DNA of 64,000 nt from Macrostomum lignano (lineage: Eukaryota): the NCBI GenBank assembly GCA_002269645.1, contig NIVC01001119.1, positions 248,001-312,000 of the forward strand, read 5' to 3'. The notes below the pieces were generated by a model. The model worked only from the letters and a program-made list of their open reading frames with translations. It searched no databases and had not been told where the DNA came from. A program made the position numbers and the translations under genes. Numbering within the stretch: position 1 is the first letter of the stretch; every line of letters begins with the position of its first letter. Below, one piece after another: positions 27,261-40,899 of the stretch.

Positions 27261-27984
27261 GAAGAATGTTGAGCTGTTAAGGGACCAGGTCAGTCTACCT
27301 GTGGCTGTACCGTTTCCATTAATCCCACATGCCCATCGCAGAATGACTTACTACGGTACATCTGTTACCCCAGCCTCTAGAAATACACCCGATGCCACTC
27401 ACTCAGCAATTTTGTTAACTTTATTTTTTACTTTAAAAAGACGCAGTGCACACAATAATAAATAGTTGGCAAAAAAAATAATCTATAAGCCACACGAAAG
27501 GCCTGTTATTGGCTTGTAAATGCATCAAGTAAAACTTGGGTAAAATCTGTATAAACTGATTGCCAGATGTTTCTTCTTATTTTAGGTAGAGAAAGAGTCC
27601 ATTTTCAGAGGCCAAATAAATCAATTCCCGATTGCCAGAGTAGATTCGCGTTTTAGGTATTGAGGCATATCTTCTGCAGTAAAGCTTCGCACTGCACACA
27701 GGTATAGTACGAGCCGCGGAGGAAATCTTGCCCTGCAGAAATAAAACAGACACAGAAGAGAGGCAGTTTTGTAACATTCTGCACCGCTACATGGATTCAG
27801 GCTTTCATAAAATGGATTTAAAAATAATATTAATCCGTACAACTTGTAGATTTTTTATATCTGCACATTCCTCGTTTTAAGTATTGTTTTGGCGTTTGTT
27901 ACTTTGTATCTGCTCAGAGTAAACTAAACTGGGATTTATAAGTACAGGCAGAAAACCTGCGAGGGCTGTGGGGAGAGAGAATCA

Positions 27985-27987
27985 GAA

Positions 27988-28079
<92 letters not shown>

Positions 28080-28350
28080 GTAGAGAGATAAGAGAAAAAG
28101 TAAAAAAGGAAAGAGAGAAGTAGATAGGGAGAACCAGAGAATAAGAGAGGGAGAACCAGAGAGAAATGGAGAAGTAGAGAGAAATGGAGAAGTAGAGAGA
28201 AATGGAGAAGTAGAGAGGGAGAACCAGAGAGAGGGGGAGAAGTAGAGAGGGAGAACCAGAGAGAGGAGGGAGAAGTAGAGAGGGAGAACCAGAGAGAGGG
28301 GGAGAAGTAGAGAGGGAGAACCAAAGAGAGGGGGAGAAGTAGAGAGGGAA
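27985..28350. repeat. (GA)n and GA-rich minisatellite
   Basis: Pure (GA)n followed by GGAGAAGTAGAGAGGGAGAACCAGAGAG-type units. Confidence 0.9.
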
Positions 28351-29165
28351 TGGAAGGCAATCCCACCCACACAGCTGCGCGGCAGGGCGATAATAAAAAC
28401 GGGAAAAAGATTTTTGCTCTTTCTGCTCTCAACCGAATCCCGATTGGCCAGCAATTGCCCAGCACACGGGGGTGAGAAGGGGATCCGCATGCATGGGAAG
28501 CGGGCACACTGGAAACCCCCCCCCCCAGCCCTACATCCTACTCTCGCAGACCTATGGGACGCGAGGTAAAGTCAAACTCGGTCTAAAAGGCAGCATTTAT
28601 GCTCGCTCTTGGCCCGGCCCCTCAGCCCTAACTCTGCTTCCCTACCTCTATCAGCTGACTTCCCCCTGCCCGTTCACTACTTGCCCCATACCTATAGAGA
28701 TTGCTTTTTTGTCAAACTAACGCTGACGAAGAAAAGACAGTAAGTTGCTGCATGACTTTGACTTCTTGGCCAACCGATTTTAAGTAAATGGAAATAGATT
28801 TTTCTTTTAAAAATTGGTGTACTTTGCAAGTATTTGTTTTAATTTTTAATTCCAATGTTTTCAGTGCTGTTAGACACTGCAGATCAGGTATAAATGCAGA
28901 GATTGCTAAACTGTGCATTACTTTAAGTGTATATTTATAAAATCCAATTGCCAAAACCCAACACAGCGTAGACTTTCGCACCGCAACAACACAACACGAG
29001 CTTAAAAATCCCATTTCATAAATTTGCAAACCGCCTAGTTTTATTCCCATCCGAACCTCGTGAAATTTTCCGGCTTGAATTCAGCAATCATAAGTTTTTC
29101 TTAGAAATATAAGCAGTCGAAGACATGCGATGCACCGCCATTATCTAAATAATTCCCTAGTAACT

Positions 29166-29782
29166 TAGGGGTCGGCAAACTCTCTCTATTCAGCCCTCGG
29201 CTCCTTCGCAATAAGGCATGCTTAGGGTTTTCTCAGACTTCTGCTCTCTGCCCTCTCTCTACTCTCTACTCTCTCCACTCTACTCTCTCCTCTTCTTCTC
29301 TCCTCTCTTTTCTTTTTTCTCTCCTCTCTCCTCTCTCTCGTCTCTTTTCTCTTTTCTTTCCTTTCTCCTCTCACTTTCTTTTCTCTCCTCTCTCCTCTCC
29401 TCTCCCCTCTCTTTTTCTCTCTTCTCTTCTCTTATCTCTCCTCTCTTCTCTCTTCACTATCCTCTCTTCTCTCTCCTCTTCTCTCCTCTCTCCTCTCTCT
29501 TCTCACCTGTCTACTCTCTCCTCTCTTCTCTCTGCTCTTTTTTCTTTTCTCTCTTGTCTCTTGTCTCTTGTCTCTTGTCTCTTGTCTCTTGTCTCTTGTC
29601 TCTTGTCTCTTGTCCTTTCTCTCCTCTCTTCCCTCTCCTCTCTGCACTGTCCTCTCTCCTCACCTCTCTCATCTTCTTTCATCTCATCTCTCTGGCTAAA
29701 CCACTTCTTTTCATTCTCCTTTATTCCAATTCTATTCCTTTCTTTTCTGGCTCTTTAGGTAAAAAAAGTTTGCGGACCCCTG
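29166..29782. mobile_element. hAT/Charlie-like TIR element with CT-rich interior
   Basis: TAGGGGTCGGCAAACT vs AGTTTGCGGACCCCTG (14/16 inverted). No TSD match. The interior is mostly CT simple repeat. Confidence 0.55.
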
Positions 29783-30119
29783 CTGTGAATGTTTTTTTTC
29801 AATATGCAGTACAGCCGCGCTTTGTAGATTCACCAATAACCAACCGTTGAACGCATTGAACCTTATACTTACGTGTGAATCCTTTCTTGTACGCTCCCAG
29901 TTCTATCTCCTGTATCTGAAAATGAAAACAGGATGACAGTTTTACCATACATGTCAGTATTAGGATTTGGTTAAGCCAATATGTAGAGGCCTAGTAAAAA
30001 AACCTGTGTGTGTATGTACCTTCAGCCTAAAGTACATTTTAGAACGTTTATAATTAACCTTGATGATAATACTTTTCCCAAATCGTGTTGTCTTTTAGAA
30101 GAGATATTTTTGTTAAAAC

Positions 30120-30357
30120 GCAGTTGAACTTTTTCGGTTTGCGGCGCATCTGAAGGCTGCGTACGGCTGTTCAGTGCAAGGACTGGGGAGTCGCCACACA
30201 GCCTCAATTACCCCAGATAATGCTGGCACCCATTTTACAGCTGGGTGAACTGAAGCAATGCAGAGATATAGGACACAGATTTTTCCGTTTGGGTCGAGAA
30301 TCGAACCCCCAAACCTTTCAGTCGTGAATTTCGCGACCGTTTGAGAGAGCATAGCCT
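30120..30357 (-). mobile_element. tRNA-derived SINE with conserved central domain
   Basis: Minus strand B-box GGTTCGATTC (30307-30298), then GCTTCAGTTCACCCAGCTGTAAAATGGGTGCC (about 30256-30225), which resembles the CORE/Nin-type central domains of metazoan SINEs. The A-box is degenerate. Confidence 0.6.
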
Positions 30358-30609
30358 CCTACTTAAGTTGTGATAGATTTATCTAATAGTTTTACCTCTT
30401 TCCTCCTGTAGAATGCTCAGAAAATAAAAAAAATTTGTCGCACCACTTCTAACTTTCTCCAGCAGCCCTCAAACTGAACTAATTAGCACTTGCTATAAAG
30501 CTCTTAAAAATGAACGCCATTCTAAGGGCTCCTTCGTAGGGGGCGCCATCGTGGGGGCGACGCTATCTTGGGGGGCGCCAGCAATGGTAACGCCAAAGTA
30601 GTTGTTTGG

Positions 30610-31212
30610 GAACTGCTAAAATTGGCAGAAAGGGGCGCCAAACCAGCTGTGAAGGGGGCGCCAAACCAGCTGTGAAGGGGGCGCCAAACCAGCTGTGAAG
30701 GGGCGCCAAACCAGCTGTGAACGGGGGTTCCAAACCAGCTGTGAAGGGGGGGCGTTAAACCAGCTGTGAAGGGGGGGGGCGTTAAACCAGCTGTGAACGG
30801 GGGTTCCAAACCAGCTGTGAACGGGGGTTCCAAACCAGCTGTGAAGTGGGGCGCCAAACCAGCTGTGAAGGGGGCGCCAAACCAGCTGTGAAGGGGGCGC
30901 CAAACCAGCTGTGAAGGGGGCGCCAAACCAGCTGTGAACGGGGGTTCCAAACCAGCTGTGAACGGGGGTTCCAAACCAGCTGTGAAGGGGGGCGTTAAAC
31001 CAGCTGTGAAGGGGGTGCCAAACCAGCTGTGAAGGGGGCGCCAAACCAGCTGTGAACGGGGGTTCCAAACCAGCTGTGAACGGGGGTTCCAAACCAGCTG
31101 TGAACGTGGGCTCCAAACCAGCTGTGAAGGGGGGGCGTTAAACCAGCTGTGAAGGGGGTGCCAAACCAGCTGTGAAGGGGGCGCCAAACCAGCTGTGAAG
31201 TGGGGCGCCAAA
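30610..31212. repeat. 23-24-bp GGCGCC-containing minisatellite
   Basis: Unit CCAAACCAGCTGTGAAGGGGGCG, about 25 copies. Confidence 0.93.
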
Positions 31213-31904
31213 ATGCTTGCCAGACCTTGCTCCCCCTAGCTACTCCGCTGGGTGCCCCATAAGTCCCCTCTATAGCTACACATTTCCATATTCATACAGA
31301 GGAAAGCATTCAACTCCTATAGATTGTATGCAATTTCAGCCAAAAAAAAGTGAGTAAGGGGTCCGCCGGCCACGCGATGGTCAGAACTGAGCTTTGGGAA
31401 AAATGCGTGGGGAGGGAGAGAGAGCGGAGGAGAGAGTGGGGACAGCGCGGTGAGCAAACGCGGAGTGCGGAGTGAGCTCAAATGAGCTTCCCCTATAAGT
31501 CTCTCTAGCTATACCTCAGCTTTCACCAAAATCTGGGGATCAGCTGGCATTTTTGTTTGCCAATCCACCCCACTCCGCATCTCTCCCTGCCCCTTCCCCC
31601 TCCCAGATCTCCTTTGTTTGTTCCCCACTCTTTTCCTACTAAATCCCCATTTTGTCAGCCAAACTGACCCACTCGTTTTAATCCGCTCCCTAAGCTTTCC
31701 ACCCCTGCCCCTTCCCAAAAGTTATGATTTCGTCGACGTTATTTTTGAAGCATCTTTTGAGGAAATAATCCACAGAAAATCCACATTATTCACTTCACTT
31801 TTTTATTTTCAGATTTGTATAAATTTTAGCTGGGGTCTGCGAAGCCTCTCTATCCGGCAATATGAAGCTTCAAAAAAGCAATCCGACTCGAGCTTGTGTC
31901 TCTT

Positions 31905-32480
31905 CTCAGCTCTCAGCTCTTTCTTCTCTCTACTCTTTCCTCTTTTCTCTCCTCTCTCCACTCTTCTCTCCTCTCTCCACTCTTCTCTCCTCTCTCCACT
32001 CTTCTCTCCTCTCTCCACTCTTCTCTGCTCTCTCATCTCTCCTATCTCATCTCTCCTCTCTCCACTCTTCTCTCCTCTCTCATCTCTCCTCTCTCATCTC
32101 TCCTATCTCATCTCTCCTCTCTCCTCTCTCCTGTCTCCTCTCTCCTCTCTCCTCTCCTCTCTCTCCTCTCTCCTCTCTCCTCTCTCCTCTCTCCTCTCTC
32201 CTCTCTCCTCTCTCCTCTCCTCTCTCTCCTCTCTCCTCTCTCCTCTCTCCTCTCTCCTCTCTCCTCTCTCCTCTCTCCTGTCTCCTCTCTCCTCTCTCCT
32301 GTCCACTCTGCTCTCTTCTCTCCTCTCTCCTCTCTCTTCTCTCCTCTCTCTTCTCTCCTCTCTCCTCTCTCCTCTCTCCTCTCTTCACTGTTTCTCCTGT
32401 CTACTCTCTCCTCTCTCCTCTCTCCTATCATATTGTCTCATTTTATCTGTCGTGTCACCTATCCTCTCATCTCTCTTTTC
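31905..32480. repeat. CT-rich (CTCTCCT)n simple repeat
   Basis: 7-bp unit with variants. Confidence 0.92.
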
Positions 32481-33639
32481 TCTCATCTACTCTCCAAGTT
32501 TTTAAGTGTTCTTCATAGGCTACCATTAGTTTGCAAGTCTAAGTCTATAAAGTTTAATAAAAATAGTTTAAGGGAGAATTCAACTGTTATTTAGGCTGCG
32601 GTTCAGATGTTTAAACTGTCTGGCTTGCTTACGGGTTCTCTATGAAATATCGAAAGAGTCTGCAACCCCCTCTAAGATTTACAATGCTTAGATTCAGTCG
32701 GCTAGTAAAATGCATCAGCCAACTTCATCAAATTTCCAGGTGCCTTGCAAACTTTTTCTTGTACGCGCGATAGTTTAGGAAATTTCTGCTTGCGGAAGAG
32801 ACTAATAAAATCCAGCTGACCTGCTATAATATCGGTTGATATACATATAACATCGTTTTGGGAAACTTTTCTGACCAACTAAACCTCTGAGGGACGCGTA
32901 TGCAGTCTGCTGGCATACACAGCCTGTAAAGTAACCTTGAAATTGTCATAAAGTTTTCAGTTTGCTTGGTAGTTCCAGTGTGCATGGCTTTTATAAAGGA
33001 AAATTTCTTTACTTTATCTAGTGCAGAAACACTGCACTAAGTCTGGATAATGTTAGTTGCAGATTGCATTGCGGTAAATTTCAACTGCGCTGAATAAAGA
33101 CTCCGTATTAATGAAAGCCATAGTGAAGGCTTGAAAGGGTCAATTTCATGGTAATTACCTGTCTTATTTGACCTGTCTTATTTGATCCAGCGTGCAAGGA
33201 TGCTTTGGAAGTCGCCATATGCGTGCAGAAATGCAAGTGTCTATGGTAAAAACACCTTGAATTTGAATGTGCACTCCGTGCGGGAATGTCAATCGTGCAA
33301 GAATGTAATGCGCACTGCTTCTATATTTAGCATAACAGCCATAGACTACAAGCATAATCTTCTTTCCATCGTGCAAGAATGTTCAGACTAGCTCGCACAT
33401 ATTTTGTCTATGGTTCAAGTCTAACTCCACACAACCAGCTCCACCCTTGTCTACTTTAGCCACACATGTTGGATCAAATAAGAATGGGAATCAAGCACTC
33501 CTTGATTCCTCCAATCCGTAGTTAATTAATGGCAAAGGCATCATTTGATGCTTTTAGTGTGCTTATTAGTATAAGTATAAGCTCTAGCGCGTTATGGACA
33601 AGCATAAAAACCTTAGAGATTTAGTATATTTAGATATGT

Positions 33640-34141
33640 GGTGCTGGCGCCCCTGGTGCTGGCGCCCCTGGTGCTGGCGCCCCTGGTGCTGGCGCCCCTG
33701 GTGCTGGCGCCCCTGGTGCTGGCGCCCCTGGTGCTGGCGCCCCTGGTGCTGGCGCCCCTGGTGCTGGCGCCCCTGGTGCTGGCGCCCCTGGTGCTGGCGC
33801 CCCTGGTGCTAAAGCCCCTGGTGCTAAAGCCCCTGGTGCTAAAGCCCCTGGTGCTAAAGCCCCTGGTGCTAAAGCCCCTGATGCTAAAGCCCCTGGTGCT
33901 AAAGCCCCTGGTGCTAAAGCCCCTGGTGCTAAAGCCCCTGGTGCTAAAGCCCCTGGTGCTAAAGCCCCTGGTGCTAAAGCCCCTGGTGCTAAAGCCCCTG
34001 GTGCTAAAGCCCCTGGTGCTAAAGCTCCTGGTGCTAAAGCCCCTGGTGCTAAAGCTCCTGGTGCTAAAGCTCCTGGTGCTAAAGCCCCTGGTGCTAAAGC
34101 CCCTGGTGCTAAAGCCCCTGGTGCTAAAGCCCCTGGTGCTT
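33640..34141. repeat. Biphasic 15-bp minisatellite
   Basis: 11 x GGTGCTGGCGCCCCT (33640-33804), then about 22 x GGTGCTAAAGCCCCT. Confidence 0.96.
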
Positions 34142-34784
34142 TAGACGCCCTCTGATTTCCAATTTACGCCCTAAAAAATTGGCATTAATATACTAGTGAC
34201 ACGATAAATATGATGTTCTTTACCAGCCTCCCAGCTCATTTCTAAGAAAATCAAGCGTGGGTTCTTCTGCTTCAGCTGGAGACACAAGACATGGGCTAAC
34301 CCCGGGGCCGATTATTAGTCTTATGGCCTTAATCTCTGTTCTTCCTCGACTCCTCCACTCCTTATGCATCTATTTCTAGGCCTAAAGACAGGCCAATCTC
34401 GGTCAAAACCGAGAAAGCACAGCATCCTCTGTTTGCCCTCCATCTTCATCTCCCACTCTCCCAGAAAGGTCGTAAAGATGTAGCATTGAAAGGCGCGACT
34501 TAAAGATGAAAAAGCATATAGTTCTCTAGCTAAAAGATTTTGCTGCTAGCTGATTTGGAAGGAAATCGCAAAAAGCCACATCATCATTGCAGATCAGAGG
34601 GGCAGGCGAAAGAAACAGCTTTACTTGTTTTGTAAAGGCTTCCTCCTGAGAAGCCGATGTCCGCTGTAGTCTTCGGCTGAGGAATACTGTTCGCTTTTTT
34701 TCCAGCCTTTATTTGCTATTTTTCTAAGCAGCTTCAGCCCTTATTTCTCCCCCTGTTTTATTGTCATGCTTACTTTCAAGCTAC

Positions 34785-35690
34785 ATTCCTCTCTGTCTCC
34801 CACTCTCTACCTCCCCATCTCTGTCTCCCCTCTCTTTCTCCCCCTTTTTTCCCCTCTCTATCCTCCTCTCTCTCTATCCCCTTCCATGTCTCCCCTCTCT
34901 ATCTCCCCTACCTATTTCCCCTCTTTATCTCCCCATCTCTGTCTCCCCCTCTCTATCTCCCTCTTTCTATCTCCCTCTCTCTATCTTCCACTCTCTTCTC
35001 CCCTCTCTATCTCTCCCTCCCTGTCTCTCCTCTCTATCTCCCCTCCCTATCTCCCCTTTCTTTCCTCGTCTCTATCTCCCCCTCTCTATCTCACCCTCTC
35101 TCTATCTCCCTCTCTCTATCTCTCCCTCCCTCTATCTCCCTCTTTCTATCTCCCTCTCTCTTTCTTCCTTTCTCTCTCTATCTCTCCCTCTTTCTCTCCC
35201 TGTGAAAACTGTAGCCACATTACTGTAAGAGTGGATGAGACAGAGTGAGAGAGTGGATGAGACAGAGTGAGAGAGTGGATGAGACAGAATGAGAGAGTGG
35301 ATGAGAGAAAGAGGGAGAGAGTGGATGAGACAGAGTGAGAGAGTGGATGAGACAGAGTGAGAGAGTGGATGAGAGAAAGAGTGAGAGAGTGGATGAGAGA
35401 GAGTGAGAGAGTGGATGAGAGAAAGAGTGAGAGAGTGGATGAGACAGAGTGAGAGAGTGGATGAGAGAAAGAGTGAGAGAGTGGATGAGAGAGAGTGAGA
35501 GAGTGGATGAGAGAAAGAGTGAGAGAGTGGATGAGAGAGAGTGAGAGAGTGGATGAGAGAAAGAGTGAGAGAGTGGATGAGACAGAGTGAGAGAGTGGAT
35601 GAGAGAAAGAGTGAGAGAGTGGATGAGAGAGAGTGAGAGAGTGGATGAGACAGAGTGAGAGAGTGGATGAGAGAGTGAGAGAGTGGATGT
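34785..35690. repeat. CT-rich tract followed by a 20-22-bp GA-rich minisatellite
   Basis: 34785-35200 degenerate CT; 35228-35690 unit GAGAGAGTGGATGAGA(C/G)AGAGT. Confidence 0.9.
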
Positions 35691-36394
35691 AAAGAGTATT
35701 TTCCCTCGAATTCGGCAGCCTCAGCAGCTCTCAAGCCACTGAGAATGGCGAAGGGATGATGCAGAAGATGCAGAAGATGCAGAAGACGCAGAAGACGCAG
35801 AAGACGCAGAAGACGCAGAAGATAAAAGAAGGAAAGTAAGAAAGCAAACTGAAGCTCAATCTACTCATAGAACAGCAGAAGTAAGCTCGATACAGCTTCT
35901 CCAAGAAGTGAAATGCGGAACTGAAGCGGAATGATGGTGCGTCTCCGCAGTGCCTGCATGTTATTAGGCACTACGGAGAACCCGAGCTGTCAAATCCTAT
36001 CAAGTTTCTTTGCCTTGAATTTTTTCCCTAAAAACTGCGGCCAGAAACGCACGAGAGAGCGATGGAGCGGAATGGACAGGGAGAGAGAGAGGGAATTCGT
36101 TCGCATCTTGTTAGTAAAGTCTGCAACTGAAAGCAGAGAGCAGCCTTGATTGCTCAAGTATAAAAAGCTTTGTTCTTCAGATTTCTCTCTTATAGCTAAA
36201 TAAATATATACAAGTATACGTTACCTTGAGCCAAGCCGCAGCGCTCCAATATGGAAATTTGATCTGTCAGTTCCATGGGTGCGAAAACTGGGCTGAATTG
36301 TTTTTTTAGCTGGCCGACTCCTCGTTTCTTTTGTTCTCTCGCTTTCAATGACGTCACATTTTAAAGGTTTGAACATTTAAGGTTTGGACTGCCA

Positions 36395-37610
36395 CTGTCT
36401 CCCTCTCTCCCTCTCTCCCTCTCTCTCTTCCTCTCTCCCTCTCTCCCTCCCCCCACTCTCCCTCTCTCCCTCTCTCCCTCTCTCCCTCTCTCCCTCTCTC
36501 CCTCTCTCCCTCTCCCCCTCTCCCCCTCTCTCCCTCTCCCCTCTCCCCCTCTCTCCCTCTCTCCCTCTCTCCCTCTCCCCCTCTCTCCCTCTCTCCCTCT
36601 CTCCCTCTCTCCCTCTCTCCCTCTCTCCCTCCCCTTTCTCTCCCTCTCTCCCTCTCTCCCTCTCTCCCTCTCCCCCTCTCCCCCTCTCTCCCTCTCTCCC
36701 TCCCCACTCTCTCCCTCTCTCTCCCCCTCTCTCCCTCTCTCTCTCCCCCTCTCTTCCTCTCTCCCTCCCCACTCTCTCCCTCTCTCTCCCTCTCTCCCTC
36801 TCTCCCTCCCCACTCTCTCCCTCTCTCTCCCCTCTCTCCCTATTTCCCTCCCCACTCTCTCCCTCTCTCTCTCCCCCTCTCTCCCTCTCTCACCCCCACC
36901 CTCTCTACCTCTCTCCCTCTTTACGTCCTCATATCTCCCTCTCTCCCTCTCTCCCTCTCTCCCTCTCCCCCTCTCTCCCTCTCTCCCTCTCTCCCTCTCT
37001 CCCTCTCCCCCTCTCTCCCTCTCTCTCTCTCGACCTTCTTTACCTCTCTCCCTCTTTACGTCCTCATATCTCCCTCTCTACCTCTCTCCCTCTCCTCCTC
37101 TCTCCCTCTCTCTCCCTCACCCTCTCTACCTCTCTCCCTCTTTACGTCCTCATATCTCCCTCTCTTCCTCTCTACCTCTCTACCTCTCCCCCTCTCTCCC
37201 TCTCTCTCTCTCGACCTTCTTTACCTCTCTCCCTCTTTACGTCCTCATATCTCCCTCTCTACCTCTCTCCCTCTCCTCCTCTCTCCCTCTCTCTCCCTCA
37301 CCCTCTCTACCTCTCTCCCTCTTTACGTCCTCATATCTCCCTCTCTACCTCTCTACCTCTCTACCTCTCCCCCTCTCTCCCTCTCTCTCTCTCGACCTTC
37401 TTTACCTCTCTCCCTCTTTACGTCCTCATATCTCCCTCTCTACCTCTCTCCCTCTCCTCCTCTCTCCCTCTCTCTCCCTCACCCTCTCTACCTCTCTCCC
37501 TCTTTACGTCCTCATATCTCCCTCTCTACCTCTCTACCTCTCTACCTCTCTCCCTCTCTTTTTCTTTCCTTTTCATCTCCATCCCTCCCTTGCCTCTTTC
37601 TCTCTAGTCT
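36395..37610. repeat. Long CT-rich repeat with internal block duplications
   Basis: (CTCTCC)n plus a recurring TTTACGTCCTCATATCTCCC module. Confidence 0.9.
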
Positions 37611-38251
37611 CTCATCTTATATTCCCTCCTCCGGCTTCATCACTAATCTCTCGTCTTTATATCCCATCCTCACAGCCCAGAGCGGCAGTCATTCTGTTCT
37701 ATACTGACGCGGACATGTTTGAACTGGCACTCATGCAGTCCCTTCTCTTCCTGCCCCTCTGATCCACTGGTAGCAAAAGAATTCGGATTTATGACACAGC
37801 CAGCAAGGATAGAGCTGAGAGTAGAGAGTCGCGGCGGGTCAGAGATCATCCGATCTCGAATCAATAGCTGACTAGGGCAGGCCTGCATGCAATATCTTCA
37901 AGATGTCAGTCAGAGACCTCTTGCGGACAGGGTGCGGCACTTCTAAAGTCTCGTGAGCAGACCCAGATCGTTCTCAGTCTCACACACACACTCTCACTTA
38001 GCTATGGATTTAAGTATGATTTTTTTGCAAACTTTATTTCTCTCTATTTTCAAGACCAATAGCTCCTGTACCCAGTGCTTGAATTCAATGCAGTCGCTAT
38101 CGTATTGTGAAAGCACTTAAAATTCATCATAGAAGTGTCTATGGTTAAAAAACTTCATGGCAACGGCATTCAGACTATGACCGGTCAATCTTTAAAAAAA
38201 GCATCGTCATTAGCTTTTTTTGCTGGCCCTGATATTATTTTCTGTGGATCC

Positions 38252-38360
38252 ATAGTATATGGTAATAGTCTATGACTCTATAGTATATGGTAATAGTCTA
38301 TGACTCTATAGTATATGGTAATAGTCTATGACTCTATAGTATATGGTAATAGTCTATGGT
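38252..38360. repeat. 28-bp tandem repeat, about 4 copies
   Basis: Unit TAGTATATGGTAATAGTCTATGACTCTA. Confidence 0.9.
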
Positions 38361-38754
38361 TCCATAGTCTACGGTTTTCGTTTATGGTTCCGGTAACAGT
38401 CAATGCTATTGATATTCATCTTAATGCTTGTGAGCCATAAAGAGTATTCGAGTTAAAAAGCCTCCATACAAATACATGTACTTCGGTTGTAAATAGACGC
38501 AAAGTCGCTTTATTTGAAGTAGAGATACTTATGTGTCTACAGAATGGTCACGTGACTCCGGCTTTCTATTTCCACTAGCTTCTATCGATCCCAAAAACCA
38601 GTAGCTTACAACAAAAACCATTAGAAGAGAGTTTTGGGAGTAGGGTACCTCGAACTTAGTGTGCTTGTGTGCTCAAGTAGGGAGGAAGCGAAACATTAGG
38701 AAATTGTTTAGTAAAGTCTCGCTTGACTATAATCGGATTTTTTCTTCCATCTGC

Positions 38755-39260
38755 CCTCCCTGATCCCATTGGGGTTTCCTGTCCCATCTCTGATCCCAGT
38801 GGGATTCCCTCTCCCCTCTCTGATCCCATAGGGATTCCCTCTCCCCTTACTCATCCCATAGGGATTCCCTCTCCCCTCTCTGATCCCATAGGGATTCCCT
38901 CTCCCCTTACTCATCCCATAGGGATTCCCTCTCCCCTCTCTGATCCCATAGGGATTCCCTCTCCCCTCTCTGATCCCATAGGGATTCCCTCCCCCCTTAC
39001 TCATCCCATAGGGATTCCCTCTCCCCTCACTCATCCCATAGGGATTCCCTCTCCCCTCTCTGATCCCATAGGGATTCCCTCTCCCCTCACTCATCCCATA
39101 GGGATTCCCTCTCCCCTCACTCATCCCATTAGGATTTCTTCTCCCCTCACTCATCCCATAGGGATTCCCTCTCCCCTCACTCATCCCATAGGGATTCCCT
39201 CTCCCCTCACTCATCCCATAGGGATTCCCTCTCCCTTCACTAATCCCACTAGGATTTCCT
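38755..39260. repeat. 30-bp minisatellite with palindromic core
   Basis: Unit TGATCCCATAGGGATTCCCTCTCCCCTCTC, about 17 copies; core ATCCC-ATA-GGGAT. Confidence 0.94.
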
Positions 39261-39911
39261 CTTCCCTTTCGTCTCCCACCTCTGATTCTCTCACAAAGAG
39301 TTAACTTCGTTTAGTTTTCTTCAACTTAGATTTTCAAGAATTTTTGTGACACTGATACTTAGTAAACAAATTTTTGTATAACCGATATTAGTAGTCAGTT
39401 GAGAATATATGCGTAAGAAATTGATGCGTAACACAGAAAAGATTCAAGCTTATAATTCACCTTTCAGTATCAATAAAAACATTTTCCAGTAACATTCGAG
39501 CTTATCGCAACTTTTCATGGATTAGGAAGCTGCAGTCGAATGCACAATAAATCTAATTGGTCAAGCTTCGTTCGCTAAGATCGAGGCAGCCGCCCCGAAT
39601 TCGGGCACAGTTGTACTTTTAGGCTGTGGGGTTTGCAAAATATTAAGAATGGCTAACAAGAACAACTGACCGCTTTGTCGGCGGCCAGCGCGGCCCGTGC
39701 AGCTCCGCAGCGATACTGCAGCCATCCCAGGGCACGGGCAGAGATTGCAGCGGATTCGGGTCCGAGCAACGCGTGTTGCTTGGCCATTTCTTTGCGGAAA
39801 ACTGGAAGAAAGAAGAATGGGAATGAATAACCTGACTAATTAGGTAGAAAGCCAGCTTCTGGAATTGCGGAGCTTCCTCTGCTGCAGATTTTGCAATGCC
39901 AACTGACATCC

Positions 39912-40236
<325 letters not shown>

Positions 40237-40899
40237 CACAACAGCGAACAGGCACAGTTTATAAAAAATTTACAAGCCCTCACCTCACGCCAACTCTGTC
40301 ACAGACAAAATTAATAAAACACATCAGCACCTATGCATCCGCCAAGTCCCTGATTAGCCCCGCAAATCCCCTCTGGGAAGCATTATTAATCAGCGCTTCA
40401 ATTCGTTTTGCTCCGCTAGACACGGCTGGCTTGCGGGGCACCCCGCGCGGCATTTTCGGCTCGCAATTTGTGTGCGTTTTTTTAATCCCAGATCCCTGAT
40501 GATGACTTCCACGCCCACCCCGCCTCCCTGCTGGCCGCCGGGCCGATGCGCCAGTCTGCAAGGGGGCCAATCTGGCCCACGCCCTGGGGAACGGCTCGTC
40601 ATCGCCGCCCTTGTTTTACTGCTTAACAGAAACCTGCGCGCTTTGAGTCGGACAGCCCGTCCGGTTTAAACAAAGTCCGGACAAAACGAGAAACGAGAGG
40701 ACAGAACCTAAGGAAGTTGACAGGGCTGCTTAGTTTAAAACAAAAGAAGAAATTAACATCACCAGAAATTGTTTGTGCGTGTAAGAAAACGGAAACCGTT
40801 TGACAGTGAAACCCTGAGGAGATGGGATTGGAGACGTTCAGCAAAGCTGCGTTATTTAGAGATGGAAGTGACCAGGAAACTGCTGCTGGCAGATGAAAA

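Noticed and set aside
37660-37960. Coding-looking unique segments (also 34250-34700, 42740-43140, 43620-43980, 50600-51050)
   Set aside because: All frames examined had early stops or no recognisable motifs; they need a database search.
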